From Candidatus Thorarchaeota archaeon (lineage in GTDB: Archaea > Asgardarchaeota > Thorarchaeia > Thorarchaeales > Thorarchaeaceae), in contig CP070761.1 of assembly GCA_020348985.1 (NCBI GenBank), positions 2,781,509 through 2,845,508 of the forward strand: 64,000 nt of DNA. The letters are read 5' to 3'. The number at the start of each line of letters is the position of its first letter. Position 1 is the stretch's first letter. Shown in pieces: positions 9,582 to 19,299 of the stretch. The notes under the pieces are model-generated. The model did not search any database, had not been told where the DNA came from, and worked only from the letters and a program-made list of their open reading frames with translations. Position numbers and translations under genes: made by a program.

Positions 9582-10888
9582 TATCCGACCTCCTTCGCAA
9601 TCTTCTCGTGTAACGTCTTCAGTATGTCCCTGTCTGGAAGAACTCCTTCTGGGGGATCTATCAACTTCTTGAGATACATGGGCAGCCCATCCATTCTCTG
9701 AGCGGCTCCGTCACACTCAATTCCTGCCATTGCCGCAGGAAGGTTGACCTCTGCCATTAGCGACGTCATGTTTCTCTTTGGATCCAAGTTGATGATTGGG
9801 ATTGCTGCCATGTGCCTCAATGCTCTCCTGGGAAAGTGCGCCGCCGGATCTGCGGCAATGTTTAGCAGTGCGTCGGCTTCGCCTCTTGCAAGCATATCAA
9901 CAGCAGTGTATTCCCCGGGTTGGTATCTTGGATACCCTCTGGCATAGTCGACTGCGAAGGGATATCCTGTCTGCCAAGTCGAAGTCTTGTTGGCTCCTGC
10001 AACATTGAAATGCCCTCGCATTGGCATCATGTTCCATTTGGCGAATGTGTTCAAATCCTGAACTAGTCGAACTGCTGCGTCGATATTGCGATGGCGTCCC
10101 TTGGACTGCGTGAGTCCAAGGCCAAAGAAAAGAATGCCATACTTCACCTCTTTCATCTTCTCGACCATCTCAGTGAGGCTCTTCACTGAGATCCCACCGA
10201 TTTCTTCGATGTCTAGGACGTGGCCACGAAGTATTGCCCTCATTGCGCCAAGAATCTCAAGGTCTGTCCCAGGCTCAATCCTGATGAATTCATCAGCAAC
10301 TCCTGCGCTTATTGTCTTCCTGATGTCAAAGACCCAAATCTTGCGGCCGGTCTTTGGGTCTCCGATGTATTCGCCTTCGGCTCTAACGTATCTACTCAGA
10401 TGTCTCGGATGCGCGAACTGCGGATTTGATCCCCAGTAGATCACTAAGTCTGCGCGATTCTTGACTTCAGCAAGGGAGCCTGCTGCCTCACCTGACTCTT
10501 GCACACCTAGGACGGTAGGACCATGACACACTGATGACGTGTTGTCCACAACTCCTCCAAGGGTCTCAGCAATCTTGTAAGCCTCTCTGTGAGCGTCATT
10601 CTCTGTTGAGCTCAATCCATAGACCAGAGGTCGCCTCGCAGCTGTAAGTATCTCTACAGCTCTCTTCATTGCTTCATCAAAGCTGACCTCGACGTGCTCC
10701 CCGTTCCTTTTGATTGTGGGAGTTGACAGCCTATCTTCGTCATGACTGAGAAACTTTGCCTTGCTTATTGCGCAGCCCTCATCATTCTTGACGATCTTTC
10801 CGTCCTTCACTTCAATTCGTAAATCATCACAGAGACAACCGCAGAATGGGCATACAACATTCTGGAATACCTTTTCGCTCTCTGTCAA
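9581..10888 (-). CDS. fwdB: Formylmethanofuran dehydrogenase subunit B (Mo/W-pterin; Cys form)
   Basis: CPFCGCLCDD 4Fe-4S motif, SSVCHGP, KNRADL.IYWG.NP..AHPRH, PMRGHFNVAG. Confidence 0.93.
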   Translation of the reverse strand: MTESEKVFQNVVCPFCGCLCDDLRIEVKDGKIVKNDEGCAISKAKFLSHDEDRLSTPTIKRNGEHVEVSFDEAMKRAVEILTAARRPLVYGLSSTENDAHREAYKIAETLGGVVDNTSSVCHGPTVLGVQESGEAAGSLAEVKNRADLVIYWGSNPQFAHPRHLSRYVRAEGEYIGDPKTGRKIWVFDIRKTISAGVADEFIRIEPGTDLEILGAMRAILRGHVLDIEEIGGISVKSLTEMVEKMKEVKYGILFFGLGLTQSKGRHRNIDAAVRLVQDLNTFAKWNMMPMRGHFNVAGANKTSTWQTGYPFAVDYARGYPRYQPGEYTAVDMLARGEADALLNIAADPAAHFPRRALRHMAAIPIINLDPKRNMTSLMAEVNLPAAMAGIECDGAAQRMDGLPMYLKKLIDPPEGVLPDRDILKTLHEKIAKEVG

Positions 10889-11290
10889 TTAGCCCACCCC
10901 CACCATTTCTGCAAGAATCTCTTCAACCGTGGGCACAGTCTCGCCCTTGGCTGGAAAGACTCTAGCCGGGATGGACTTGTATCCAGGCATTCCACTCTCC
11001 AGAGTGTCCGATCCAGTCACTGCATTCGCGTACGGACCACAAGGAATGAACACAACTCCGGGTTCTGCCCTTCTGTCGTGCTTGCCGAAAACGACTACGC
11101 TCCCAATGTCTGTTTCGACCCTTACGGGGTCCCCATCCTCTATTCCTAGTACCTTTAGTGTGCTCTCGTCCATCTCACAGATAGAGACAGCATCGAAGTA
11201 GTCAGAACTGAGTTTCCCAATCTCCATGCCACGACCCTGCTTGAGGGTGCGGCCTGACGTTAACAGAACGTCAACACCAACTGCGCTCAT
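10889..11290 (-). CDS. fwdD: Formylmethanofuran dehydrogenase subunit D
   Basis: LTSGRTLKQG, VFIPCGPYAN and GMPGYK motifs; directly upstream of fwdB. Start taken at ATG 11290. Confidence 0.88.
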   Translation of the reverse strand: MSAVGVDVLLTSGRTLKQGRGMEIGKLSSDYFDAVSICEMDESTLKVLGIEDGDPVRVETDIGSVVVFGKHDRRAEPGVVFIPCGPYANAVTGSDTLESGMPGYKSIPARVFPAKGETVPTVEEILAEMVGVG

Positions 11291-11447
11291 CTTCAACACT
11301 TCGCCTAGGCCGTTTGCGTTTTCGAGCTGCAAACCTCGTTATGAATATCATGGTCAACTGCAGGGAACGAAGAGGGTGCTTCGAAGCCTTTATCAGACAT
11401 CGTTCTGGGATGCCCGCGAGACTCTCGACCATAGAAGGCGGATCAGC

Positions 11448-12416
11448 ATGGCAGTGTCAAAGAAAGTACTAGTGAATCTCTACACGAGGACTCTCAAAGT
11501 TCGTCTCTTTGAAGAGAAGGTATGGGACCTTTTCGGACAGAATCTGGTTCCAGGAACTCTGCACTTGTACTTAGGTCAAGAAGCGGTCGCAGCCGGTGTG
11601 ACAGCTGCTCTGGATAAGAGCGACTGGATTCAGAGCACACACAGAGGGCACGGACACGTTATTGCAAAAGGAGCGGATATGAATGCCGCCTTGGCAGAGC
11701 TGCTGGGCAAGGCTACAGGCTCATGCAAGGGCAAAGGAGGCTCAATGCACATCACCCAATTTGATGTAGGAGTTCTGGGTGCGACTGGCGTCGTGGCTTC
11801 TGGTATTCCAATAGGTGTTGGCGCTGCGCTTTCCTGTAAGATGAGAGGCACAAAGGAAGTCGTTGCTTGCTTCTTCGGAGACGGAGCTTCGAACAACGGA
11901 ACATTTGGTGAATCATTGAACATGGCAGCGATCTGGTCATTGCCAGTGGTTTTTGTTGTCGAGAACAATCTCTACGCAATGGGCACGCCAATCAAGATGA
12001 TGTGTCCTAGTATAGATATAGCAGAACGTGCAACTGGGTACTGCATACCTAGTATAGTTGTTGATGGCAACAATGCGCTAGAGGTCTATGAAGCGGCCGT
12101 TGAAGCTGTCAAGAGGGCCAGAGAAGGCGGGGGACCCACTCTCATCGAATGCAAGACATACAGGCAACGTGGACACTCACGATTCGATGCCGCGAAATAT
12201 CGCCCGCCCGAAGAAGTTGAGTTCTGGTTGAACAGAGACTCTGTAGAGAAGATCAAGAAGATCGTCATCGAAAAGGGTGCATTGACTGAGAAGGACGCTG
12301 AAAAGATACGGACAAAGCTCCAGAAAGAAGTAGACAAGGCCGGAGAGTTCGCAGTGAATTCTGAATATCCCAAACCAAAAGATGCTCTGGATGATGTCTT
12401 TGCGGAGGTGCTATAG
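11448..12416 (+). CDS. pdhA: Pyruvate/acetoin dehydrogenase E1 alpha subunit
   Basis: HLYLGQEA, THRGHGH, GKGGSMH, TPP motif FFGDGA...ENN and TYR..GHS. Start ATG 11448. Confidence 0.9.
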   Translation: MAVSKKVLVNLYTRTLKVRLFEEKVWDLFGQNLVPGTLHLYLGQEAVAAGVTAALDKSDWIQSTHRGHGHVIAKGADMNAALAELLGKATGSCKGKGGSMHITQFDVGVLGATGVVASGIPIGVGAALSCKMRGTKEVVACFFGDGASNNGTFGESLNMAAIWSLPVVFVVENNLYAMGTPIKMMCPSIDIAERATGYCIPSIVVDGNNALEVYEAAVEAVKRAREGGGPTLIECKTYRQRGHSRFDAAKYRPPEEVEFWLNRDSVEKIKKIVIEKGALTEKDAEKIRTKLQKEVDKAGEFAVNSEYPKPKDALDDVFAEVL

Positions 12417-13391
12417 GTGGCAAAGAAGACATACAGAGATGCTCTGAAGGAGGGTCTTAGAGAGGAAATGCTCAGAGATGAGAGAGTGTTTCTGATGGGA
12501 GAAGACATCGGACTCAATTGGGGCGGAGCTTTCAAGGTAACAAAGGGGCTTGCAGAGGAGTTTGGCGAAGAACGAGTCCGGGACACTCCAATCTCGGAGA
12601 ACACGATAGCAGGTGCCGCACTTGGAGCGGCAATCACTGGTCTCATTCCTGTGGCCGAAATCATGTTTGGTGATTTGATTACACTCGCAATGGATCAGAT
12701 TTGCAATCAGGCAGCAAAGATGCGATACATGTTCGGCGGACAGACTTCTGTTCCGGTAGTATATAGGAGCGTGTTTGGCGGAGGCAAGAACATAGCATCT
12801 CATCATTCGCAGAGTCTGGAAGCATGGTTCATGCACACTCCAGGGCTCAAGATAGCCGTGCCAGCGTTTGCATACGACGTGAAAGGGCTCATCAAAACTG
12901 CTATTCGAGATCCAGACCCAGTGATGTTCTTCGAGCACAAGCTTGTCTATGACAAGAAGGAAGAGGTTCCTGACGAGGAGTATCTCATCCCGTTTGGAGA
13001 AGCCAGAATCAGGAGAGAGGGTGATGATGTTACTGTGTGGGGCACCTTCCAGATGCTTCATAAATCACTTGAAGTGGCCGAAGAGCTTGCCAAGGAGGGT
13101 ATCAGTGTTGAGGTCATCGACCCAAGAACTCTCATGCCACTCGACAAAAAAACATTGATTGAATCAGTGAAGAAGACAGGCAGACTCGTTCTCGTGACTG
13201 AGGAAACGAAGACCGGCGCAACAACCTCCGAAATTGCTGCGATTGTGCAGGAGGAAGCATTTGATTGGTTGGATGCTCCTATCAAGAGAGTCAATGCGCC
13301 CGACACTCCAGTACCGTTCAGCCCGCCGCTCGAACAGTTCTTCATTCCAAGCGGGGAAAGGATAGCAGAAGCCGTAAGAAGTGTGGTGTAG
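12417..13391 (+). CDS. pdhB: Pyruvate/acetoin dehydrogenase E1 beta subunit
   Basis: GEDIG, RVRDTPISE, HSQS.EAWF.H.PGLK, FFEHK, EVIDPRTL.PLD. Confidence 0.92.
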   Translation: MAKKTYRDALKEGLREEMLRDERVFLMGEDIGLNWGGAFKVTKGLAEEFGEERVRDTPISENTIAGAALGAAITGLIPVAEIMFGDLITLAMDQICNQAAKMRYMFGGQTSVPVVYRSVFGGGKNIASHHSQSLEAWFMHTPGLKIAVPAFAYDVKGLIKTAIRDPDPVMFFEHKLVYDKKEEVPDEEYLIPFGEARIRREGDDVTVWGTFQMLHKSLEVAEELAKEGISVEVIDPRTLMPLDKKTLIESVKKTGRLVLVTEETKTGATTSEIAAIVQEEAFDWLDAPIKRVNAPDTPVPFSPPLEQFFIPSGERIAEAVRSVV

Positions 13392-13405
13392 GAGAGTCCT
13401 GTATT

Positions 13406-14644
13406 ATGCCCACAACTATGATAATGCAGCGCATGAGTGTGGCCATGGAATATGGTGTGATACTCAAGTGGCTGAAAAAAGAGGGTGACAAGGTCAAGAA
13501 AGGCGAGCCAATTGTTGAGATTTTCGGAGAGAAGAATGAGTTCGAGCTCGAATCTCCAACCGATGGTGTTCTTCTCAAGATTCTGTGCGAAGTTGATGAT
13601 GAGATTCCAATCAGTGAGCCCATTGCCATTATCGGCAAGAAGGGAGACATGATTCCCGACATCAAGCCCCGGAAGCTGACTGAGGCGCCAGCTCCTTCTG
13701 CAGCCGCTGTTCCAGAGATAGCGTCCAAGCAGGTGGAAGCGACGCAGACTGCTGATTCGACTCCAGCGGCGTCACCAGAAACGTCACAGATGACAAGTGG
13801 TCGAATAAAGGCATCACCAAGGGCAAAGAAGAAGGCAAGGGATTTGGGTATTGATATCTCAACGATAGTCGGAAGTGGTCCTGAAGGCAGAATTGTGGAG
13901 AAGGATGTGGTGGCAGCCCCCTCTACAGTTCAACCATTCTTCGATGATGAACGCATAGTCAAGTCAACAGAGCCTCTTACTCCGCTTAGACGCACAATCG
14001 CTCGTAGAATGACTCAAAGCTACCAACGTCCTCACATTACAATGGTCACCGAGATTGATATGACCGAGGCGGCGGTTCTAAGGTCGGAACTGAATCAGAG
14101 AACTGAGAAAGAGCTAGGTGTCCGAATCTCTTTCAATGACATTATCATAAAGGCCGTAGCAGACACTCTCGAGAAATTCCCGAGGTTCAACTCGACTCTA
14201 ATTGGAAACGATCTTCACATATTCGAGGACATTCACATCGGAGTGGCAATGGCGATGCAGAACGCACTGATAGTGCCTGTCGTTCGCAATGCCAACAAAA
14301 AGTCAATCACAGAGATTGCTCTGGAGACTAAGGAACTCGGTAGGAAAGCAAGAGAGAACGAACTGAAACCAGAAGAACTGACGGGCAGTACGTTCACAGT
14401 TTCAAATCTAGGACCTTTCCGAGTTGACCTCTTCATCCCAGTGATCAATCCGCCCGAATCTGCCATTCTGGCACTGGGCCAAATCAAGAAGAAACCAGTC
14501 ATAGTAGACGACATGATTGCAGTGAGGCACGTGATGATGGCAAGCTGCGCAGTGGACCATCGTGTTCTTGATGGTGCACCTGCAGGATTGTTTCTTCAGG
14601 CTCTTAAGGAGAACCTTGAGAGTCCTTTCTTGATGAAGTACTGA
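13406..14644 (+). CDS. pdhC: Dihydrolipoamide acyltransferase E2 (lipoyl, peripheral-subunit-binding and catalytic domains)
   Basis: Lipoyl domain (KWLKKEGDKV...EIFGEKN), PSBD (ASPRAKK.A...GSGPEGRI) and catalytic DHRVLDG. Start ATG 13406. Confidence 0.9.
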   Translation: MPTTMIMQRMSVAMEYGVILKWLKKEGDKVKKGEPIVEIFGEKNEFELESPTDGVLLKILCEVDDEIPISEPIAIIGKKGDMIPDIKPRKLTEAPAPSAAAVPEIASKQVEATQTADSTPAASPETSQMTSGRIKASPRAKKKARDLGIDISTIVGSGPEGRIVEKDVVAAPSTVQPFFDDERIVKSTEPLTPLRRTIARRMTQSYQRPHITMVTEIDMTEAAVLRSELNQRTEKELGVRISFNDIIIKAVADTLEKFPRFNSTLIGNDLHIFEDIHIGVAMAMQNALIVPVVRNANKKSITEIALETKELGRKARENELKPEELTGSTFTVSNLGPFRVDLFIPVINPPESAILALGQIKKKPVIVDDMIAVRHVMMASCAVDHRVLDGAPAGLFLQALKENLESPFLMKY

Positions 14645-14741
14645 CTCTCCTTTCTCTATGGGCTTAAATTCAGTCAGGATGGTTCATCCTTGACGCGATA
14701 CCTTCTCATCGTGTCATGCCTCGAAATCGACATCTGCTCCA

Positions 14742-14765
14742 GGGAGTGCGCGGACTCGCACTCCC
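14742..14765. terminator. Perfect 9-bp GC-rich hairpin downstream of pdhC
   Basis: GGGAGTGCG-cggact-CGCACTCCC. Confidence 0.4.
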
Positions 14766-14887
14766 ACCAACACTTTCAAGGTCTAATCTTCAAATCATCG
14801 TTGTTGAGTCTGTCTTATTGTCCGTGTGTCAGTGAATCTGGACCAGAATGTAAGCGTTAAAGAGAGGATGTCGTTCTAGCTATCAAT

Positions 14888-15697
14888 ATGGTTTGGCGTC
14901 TACTTGATGATGGCGAGCTCAACATTTACCGTAATTTGTCAATTGAGGAATCTCTTGCCAGAGTAAATGCCGGACTAGAAGAGAAGGTCAATACGCTGCG
15001 TTTTTGGCGAAGCAGGCAGGCGGTAGTGATTGGCAGGTTCCAATGTGTCCACAAGGAAGTGAACCTAGAATACTGCAAAAGATACAGCATACCAGTAGCT
15101 CGTCGATTTACTGGGGGAGGCGCCGTCTATCATGACGAGGGAAACCTGAACGTGACCCTGTGTCTTGATCAGAAGGAGCGAGGCGTCTCACGAACGCTAG
15201 GAGAGTTGTATTGGAACTTCTTTGGCAGAATCGCAAGTGGCCTCCAAGACATAGGAATCCCTGCCAGGTTTGACCCAGATTGGCAATGCCTCAGAATCGA
15301 CAGGAAGAAGATAACTGGAACTGCCGGGTGGCTGAAGAGCGGAGTCTCATTTCTTCATGGAACCCTCCTCATCGATGCAGATCTGGGGGCCTTGGCCGAT
15401 TGCTTGAAAGTTCCTCCAAATCAACCAGTGTATTTGCGTGACAAATCAAAGGTGAGATGCAAGGAAAGCAGAAGGGATGTTGTGACAACCATAGCCTCCG
15501 AGCTTGAATCCAGACCATCTAATGAAGAAATCAAATCCGCGATAAGACGAAGCATGGAGAAGATGGTTGGCAGAGATATCGAGAAGAGTAGCCTTACAGA
15601 TGAAGAAGTCGAGGTTGCAGAGTCTTTATATCAGACACGATACCGCCTGAGCGAGTGGAACCTAGGAATCAAAGTTGAGGATTCGAACAACAACTGA
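14888..15697 (+). CDS. lplA: Lipoate-protein ligase A, catalytic domain only
   Basis: RRFTGGGAVYHDEGNLN, KKITGTA, HGTLL. At 269 aa it lacks the C-terminal accessory domain. Confidence 0.88.
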   Translation: MVWRLLDDGELNIYRNLSIEESLARVNAGLEEKVNTLRFWRSRQAVVIGRFQCVHKEVNLEYCKRYSIPVARRFTGGGAVYHDEGNLNVTLCLDQKERGVSRTLGELYWNFFGRIASGLQDIGIPARFDPDWQCLRIDRKKITGTAGWLKSGVSFLHGTLLIDADLGALADCLKVPPNQPVYLRDKSKVRCKESRRDVVTTIASELESRPSNEEIKSAIRRSMEKMVGRDIEKSSLTDEEVEVAESLYQTRYRLSEWNLGIKVEDSNNN

Positions 15698-15705
15698 GGA
15701 GTCTC

Positions 15706-16059
15706 TTGGAATTGACAGATGATGATGTTGAGCAAACGCTGAAGAGCTTCATGCGTCATTTTGGAGCGCTGAATCGTGACATTCCGGATGTTAGGAATGC
15801 TTTTTCTGATCTTCTGAAAACTGTTCATGTTGACGGGGCACTCTCAGCTAAGTTCAAAGAAATAATCTGCATCGTCATTTCTGTACTGGCACCATGTGAA
15901 TCCTGCATGGTATATCACACGAAACAGGCGTTGTCGGCTGGAGCTACGAGAGAGGAGATTATGGAGGCATGTTCTGTAGCGATTGTCATGGGCGGTGGAC
16001 CTGCAGCCGCGCACATAGCCACAGTACAAGACGCACTCGACAAGTGGGCACCACGGTGA
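15706..16059 (+). CDS. Carboxymuconolactone decarboxylase/AhpD-family protein with CxxC
   Basis: GALSAKFKEII...PCESCMVYH...A..AGATREEI.EA..VA..MGGGPA. Confidence 0.85.
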   Translation: MELTDDDVEQTLKSFMRHFGALNRDIPDVRNAFSDLLKTVHVDGALSAKFKEIICIVISVLAPCESCMVYHTKQALSAGATREEIMEACSVAIVMGGGPAAAHIATVQDALDKWAPR

Positions 16060-16153
16060 GAACTATGATTTCCCGTGGCGCACACATTGGTCTATAGACA
16101 AGATTGTCTGGAGGACTAGATAGAGAATTCAGGACTTACACTATGTGGCTAAA

Positions 16154-17227
16154 TCATGTTCTTGACGAAATGGTGCGATAAGCTCGTTCTGTTCGCCGCT
16201 CCCAATCAAAGCGGTCTGCCACTCGCATCATTAGCAGACTTGCCCAGCGATACAGAGATCTCGCCTTTCTGAAATTGAGAAGAAGCATAACTGGGTTGAA
16301 TCGTGAGGTAATCTGAACGATACAGTTGGCCTGAATCATACCTTCAAGATTAGCATCAAGAAGAGTTGGCTTGCATAGCATGCCATCAAGAAGAACAAGA
16401 TCATGGCCTTCAATGTCTAACCGACGTGCGTGAACCCTTGAATAGAATACGCGATAATGTATGTTCAGTCTTCCATGTTCGTGTTCCTTCCACCTTAGTT
16501 CAAACTGCCCACGTTCACGATCATAGTGAGTGTCATAATCACCAGGACAGTGCAATGCAGTATCTGCAAGATGAAATGCCGGAAGCAGAGGATTGTCATC
16601 GCCGATGATGTCAATCAGGCGCCTTTCAGCAGTGTGTGTTCCGTGGACGCCAATCCATAGACCGAGATTCTGAAAGAAAGCAATCTCAAATAGGAACTTC
16701 CCAAGCTGACTGTTAGAAGCTCGAATCGCTTCTAAATCAGTCATCAGAAGCTCCCTAACTGGCTCAACAACGGGATCCATGATAGGTTTAGAGAGCAAAC
16801 TCAACAATCTAGTCTGAGGAGGATAGCTGATGAGATACGGAATGTGGATTACTCCGCCGCTTCTACCATCCCATATCATGACGAGCTTCAATCGGATTGT
16901 GCTTTCTCTCATATCCGAGTATTGTGAATATCCTATCACAGAAACAAGTATGATTATCAACGAGACTGCCAAGAGCGCCACAAATGAAGAGAGGAGGATG
17001 TTGTCCGTAGCACTAACCAGTGCCCAGATAGCATTGGCCAAAAGATTCAGAGCAACACCCAGCAAAACTGCGGAGATTACAGTCTCCCGAAAAATCCTTG
17101 CTCGTTTCTCAAGCTCTTCCGTCGAATGCCCAAACATGATTCTGCCTTGAGATTCTGATTGACTGCGTAGACTCTCAACGTCTCCGATGTCGTTCTTCAT
17201 CATCGTCTTCTCCCAATCAGTCTGCAT
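16154..17227 (-). CDS. Hypothetical protein with two N-terminal TM helices
   Basis: 357-aa ORF with two hydrophobic segments at about aa 50-100. Confidence 0.55.
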   Translation of the reverse strand: MQTDWEKTMMKNDIGDVESLRSQSESQGRIMFGHSTEELEKRARIFRETVISAVLLGVALNLLANAIWALVSATDNILLSSFVALLAVSLIIILVSVIGYSQYSDMRESTIRLKLVMIWDGRSGGVIHIPYLISYPPQTRLLSLLSKPIMDPVVEPVRELLMTDLEAIRASNSQLGKFLFEIAFFQNLGLWIGVHGTHTAERRLIDIIGDDNPLLPAFHLADTALHCPGDYDTHYDRERGQFELRWKEHEHGRLNIHYRVFYSRVHARRLDIEGHDLVLLDGMLCKPTLLDANLEGMIQANCIVQITSRFNPVMLLLNFRKARSLYRWASLLMMRVADRFDWERRTERAYRTISSRT

Positions 17228-17373
17228 CCTCCATCTAAATTGGCAGGGTATCTTTCTTTCGGACCGTTATTCATTTCTTTGTAGGAGGGCCATGGAAGGT
17301 TCATCACAATCTGTCGACTATCTTGGCTCTGTGAAGAATCCAAGCTTTGCGAAGTCTGAAGTATTCGACGGTC

Positions 17374-17718
17374 CTAAACAGAATAGTTTCGGACACAGAG
17401 AAATTTCGCATTTGAGGAGCTGTTGTTTCGGAACTGATGTGGCTCATATGAGCTTATGTGGACAACATCTCCTGGCTCGAGCTCAATCTCCTTCTTTGAC
17501 AAGTTCAGAGTCGCAGTGCCTTCCATCATGTAAACACCGTGCTCATGTGGATGTACGTCCTCTGCGGTATGACCTCCCGGTCTGATTACATAGCAGCGCA
17601 TTGCAAATCTTTTTGACGAGTTCTCGGAGTCTAGGAGTCTTCTTTGGAGAACATCCTTGAATCCGTCCTCTTCGTACTCCTCATACTCTGATACGTCAAC
17701 ATCATGTGCAAGATACAA
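17374..17718 (-). CDS. Cupin domain protein
   Basis: PGG....VHPHEH...G ... PGDVVHI...EPH.F.N cupin motifs. Confidence 0.85.
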   Translation of the reverse strand: MYLAHDVDVSEYEEYEEDGFKDVLQRRLLDSENSSKRFAMRCYVIRPGGHTAEDVHPHEHGVYMMEGTATLNLSKKEIELEPGDVVHISSYEPHQFRNNSSSNAKFLCVRNYSV

Positions 17719-17749
17719 ACAGAACCACCTTTTTCGCTATGATTTGGTT

Positions 17750-18790
17750 CTAAGCCAGATTGGTGAATAGAACCTTGATTGCCTTCTGAGATTCCATCAA
17801 CTCGAACCCTCTCTCCCAGTCAATCAATGGAATCTTGTGTGTGATCAGCGGTTTGACGTCGATCTGTCCCGATGCCATCATTCGCAGAGTCGTAACCCAG
17901 GATGAGGGGAGTGTGCCCCACGTGCCGACCATCGTTAGCTCCTTCTCGATCATGTAGTCCAGATTGATTTCTGTTGGCTTGCCTTGCACTCCCAGAAGTG
18001 AGATGTGGCCTGTTGACTTGACGAACTCGAGCGCTTGACTACGAGCAGGTCCTGCTCCGGACGCCTCGATCACAACGTCTGCACCCAATCCATCTGAATG
18101 TGACTTGACAACCTCATCAGCTTCTTCTTTCTGCACATCTATCGTAAGATCAGCACCAATCATCTCAGCGATGTCGAGCCGCCATCGGTCTGATGTTATA
18201 CCAGTGACAATTACGCTGCCGGCGCCCATTGTCTTGGCCACCTGTGTCGCAAGGAGTCCCATGGTCCCTGGACCCTGAACCACCACAACATCTCCAGGAG
18301 TAATCGGAGTTGATTCTGCAAGCGAGTGAACAACGCAAGCAGTTGGCTCAGCCAGAGCGGCCTCTTCAAATGATAGACTCTCGGGAACTTTGTGAATGAT
18401 GAACTCTGGAACTGTCATGAACTTTGCAAACGCTCCGTCTGCGAGAGAGACACCAAGGATTCTCTTGTCAGGACAAGTACAGCGGTTCACACAGCCAGTT
18501 TTGCAGTGATAGCATTGGCCGCAGTAGGCCGTTGCTGGAGAGACAATTCTGTCCCCCACGGCAACACTCTGAACATCTTGACCAATTTCGACAACAACAC
18601 CTGAGTACTCATGACCTAGAACAACTGGAGGTGTATAGAATGACTGATCATGTTTGATGTGAATGTCGCTGCCGCAGATGCCAGCGGCTTTGACCTCGAT
18701 TAGAACCTCATTGGGCTTGGGTCTCGGTTCTTCCAAATCCTGAAGTTCGAGATTACCTTCACCTCGTGCTGTCTTGACAAGTCCTCTCAT
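17750..18790 (-). CDS. Zinc-dependent medium-chain alcohol dehydrogenase (sorbitol/threonine dehydrogenase-like)
   Basis: GICGSDIH, GHEYSG, structural Zn site CGQCYHC......C, GPGTMG. Confidence 0.9.
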   Translation of the reverse strand: MRGLVKTARGEGNLELQDLEEPRPKPNEVLIEVKAAGICGSDIHIKHDQSFYTPPVVLGHEYSGVVVEIGQDVQSVAVGDRIVSPATAYCGQCYHCKTGCVNRCTCPDKRILGVSLADGAFAKFMTVPEFIIHKVPESLSFEEAALAEPTACVVHSLAESTPITPGDVVVVQGPGTMGLLATQVAKTMGAGSVIVTGITSDRWRLDIAEMIGADLTIDVQKEEADEVVKSHSDGLGADVVIEASGAGPARSQALEFVKSTGHISLLGVQGKPTEINLDYMIEKELTMVGTWGTLPSSWVTTLRMMASGQIDVKPLITHKIPLIDWERGFELMESQKAIKVLFTNLA

Positions 18791-18845
18791 CAACCCATTC
18801 CTCAACAGGGTCATTGCCATGGAACTATAGAATCTTGCGGATTGA

Positions 18846-19115
18846 TTAGCCTAGAATCCTCAGAAAATTAGATGGTTCCTCACCCTCGTCCAACGACCAG
18901 ACTCTGTAACCATTCCCATACTCGGTCTTCAGGTTCTGTGCTGCATGAGCACTAATGAATCTCATTCGAACACCTGCGGTGCGACCAAGCCAAATGTAGA
19001 TCTTAGCGCCCTCTTTGTCAACTATCAGGTATGCCTTCTCTGAGGCCAGCTTCGCTCTGTTCACCTCAATCTCAAGTGATGTTCCATCATCTTGGATTTC
19101 ATACCCGATGGCCAT
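18846..19115 (-). CDS. Single-domain gelsolin-like protein
   Basis: L.SEKAYLIVD....IYIWLG..A...R..SA..A ... DEGEEPSNF, matching the gelsolin repeat consensus. Confidence 0.8.
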   Translation of the reverse strand: MAIGYEIQDDGTSLEIEVNRAKLASEKAYLIVDKEGAKIYIWLGRTAGVRMRFISAHAAQNLKTEYGNGYRVWSLDEGEEPSNFLRILG

Positions 19116-19299
19116 AGTCAGTCGCCATTCAAACCCCGTTTAATGCTTTCCTTGTAGGAGAGAAGGACCACGCTAGGCCTTCAATTGATGTCAGTCAAGA
19201 ACCCAAGTATTACCTACTTCGGTCATGCCGCGGTCAGTCGAGGAATGATATACAATCGTTCCGATGTAATATATTCGTATGTAGGACGGACGACACTGT

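Noticed and set aside
9581-10888. Possible selenocysteine in FwdB
   Set aside because: The metal-ligand position is an ordinary Cys (SVCHGP) and the frame has no internal TGA.
14742-14769. Hairpin GGGAGTGCG/CGCACTCCC followed by ACCA, resembling a tRNA minihelix
   Set aside because: No T-loop, D-arm or anticodon arm; four matching bases are easily chance. Kept only as a hairpin.
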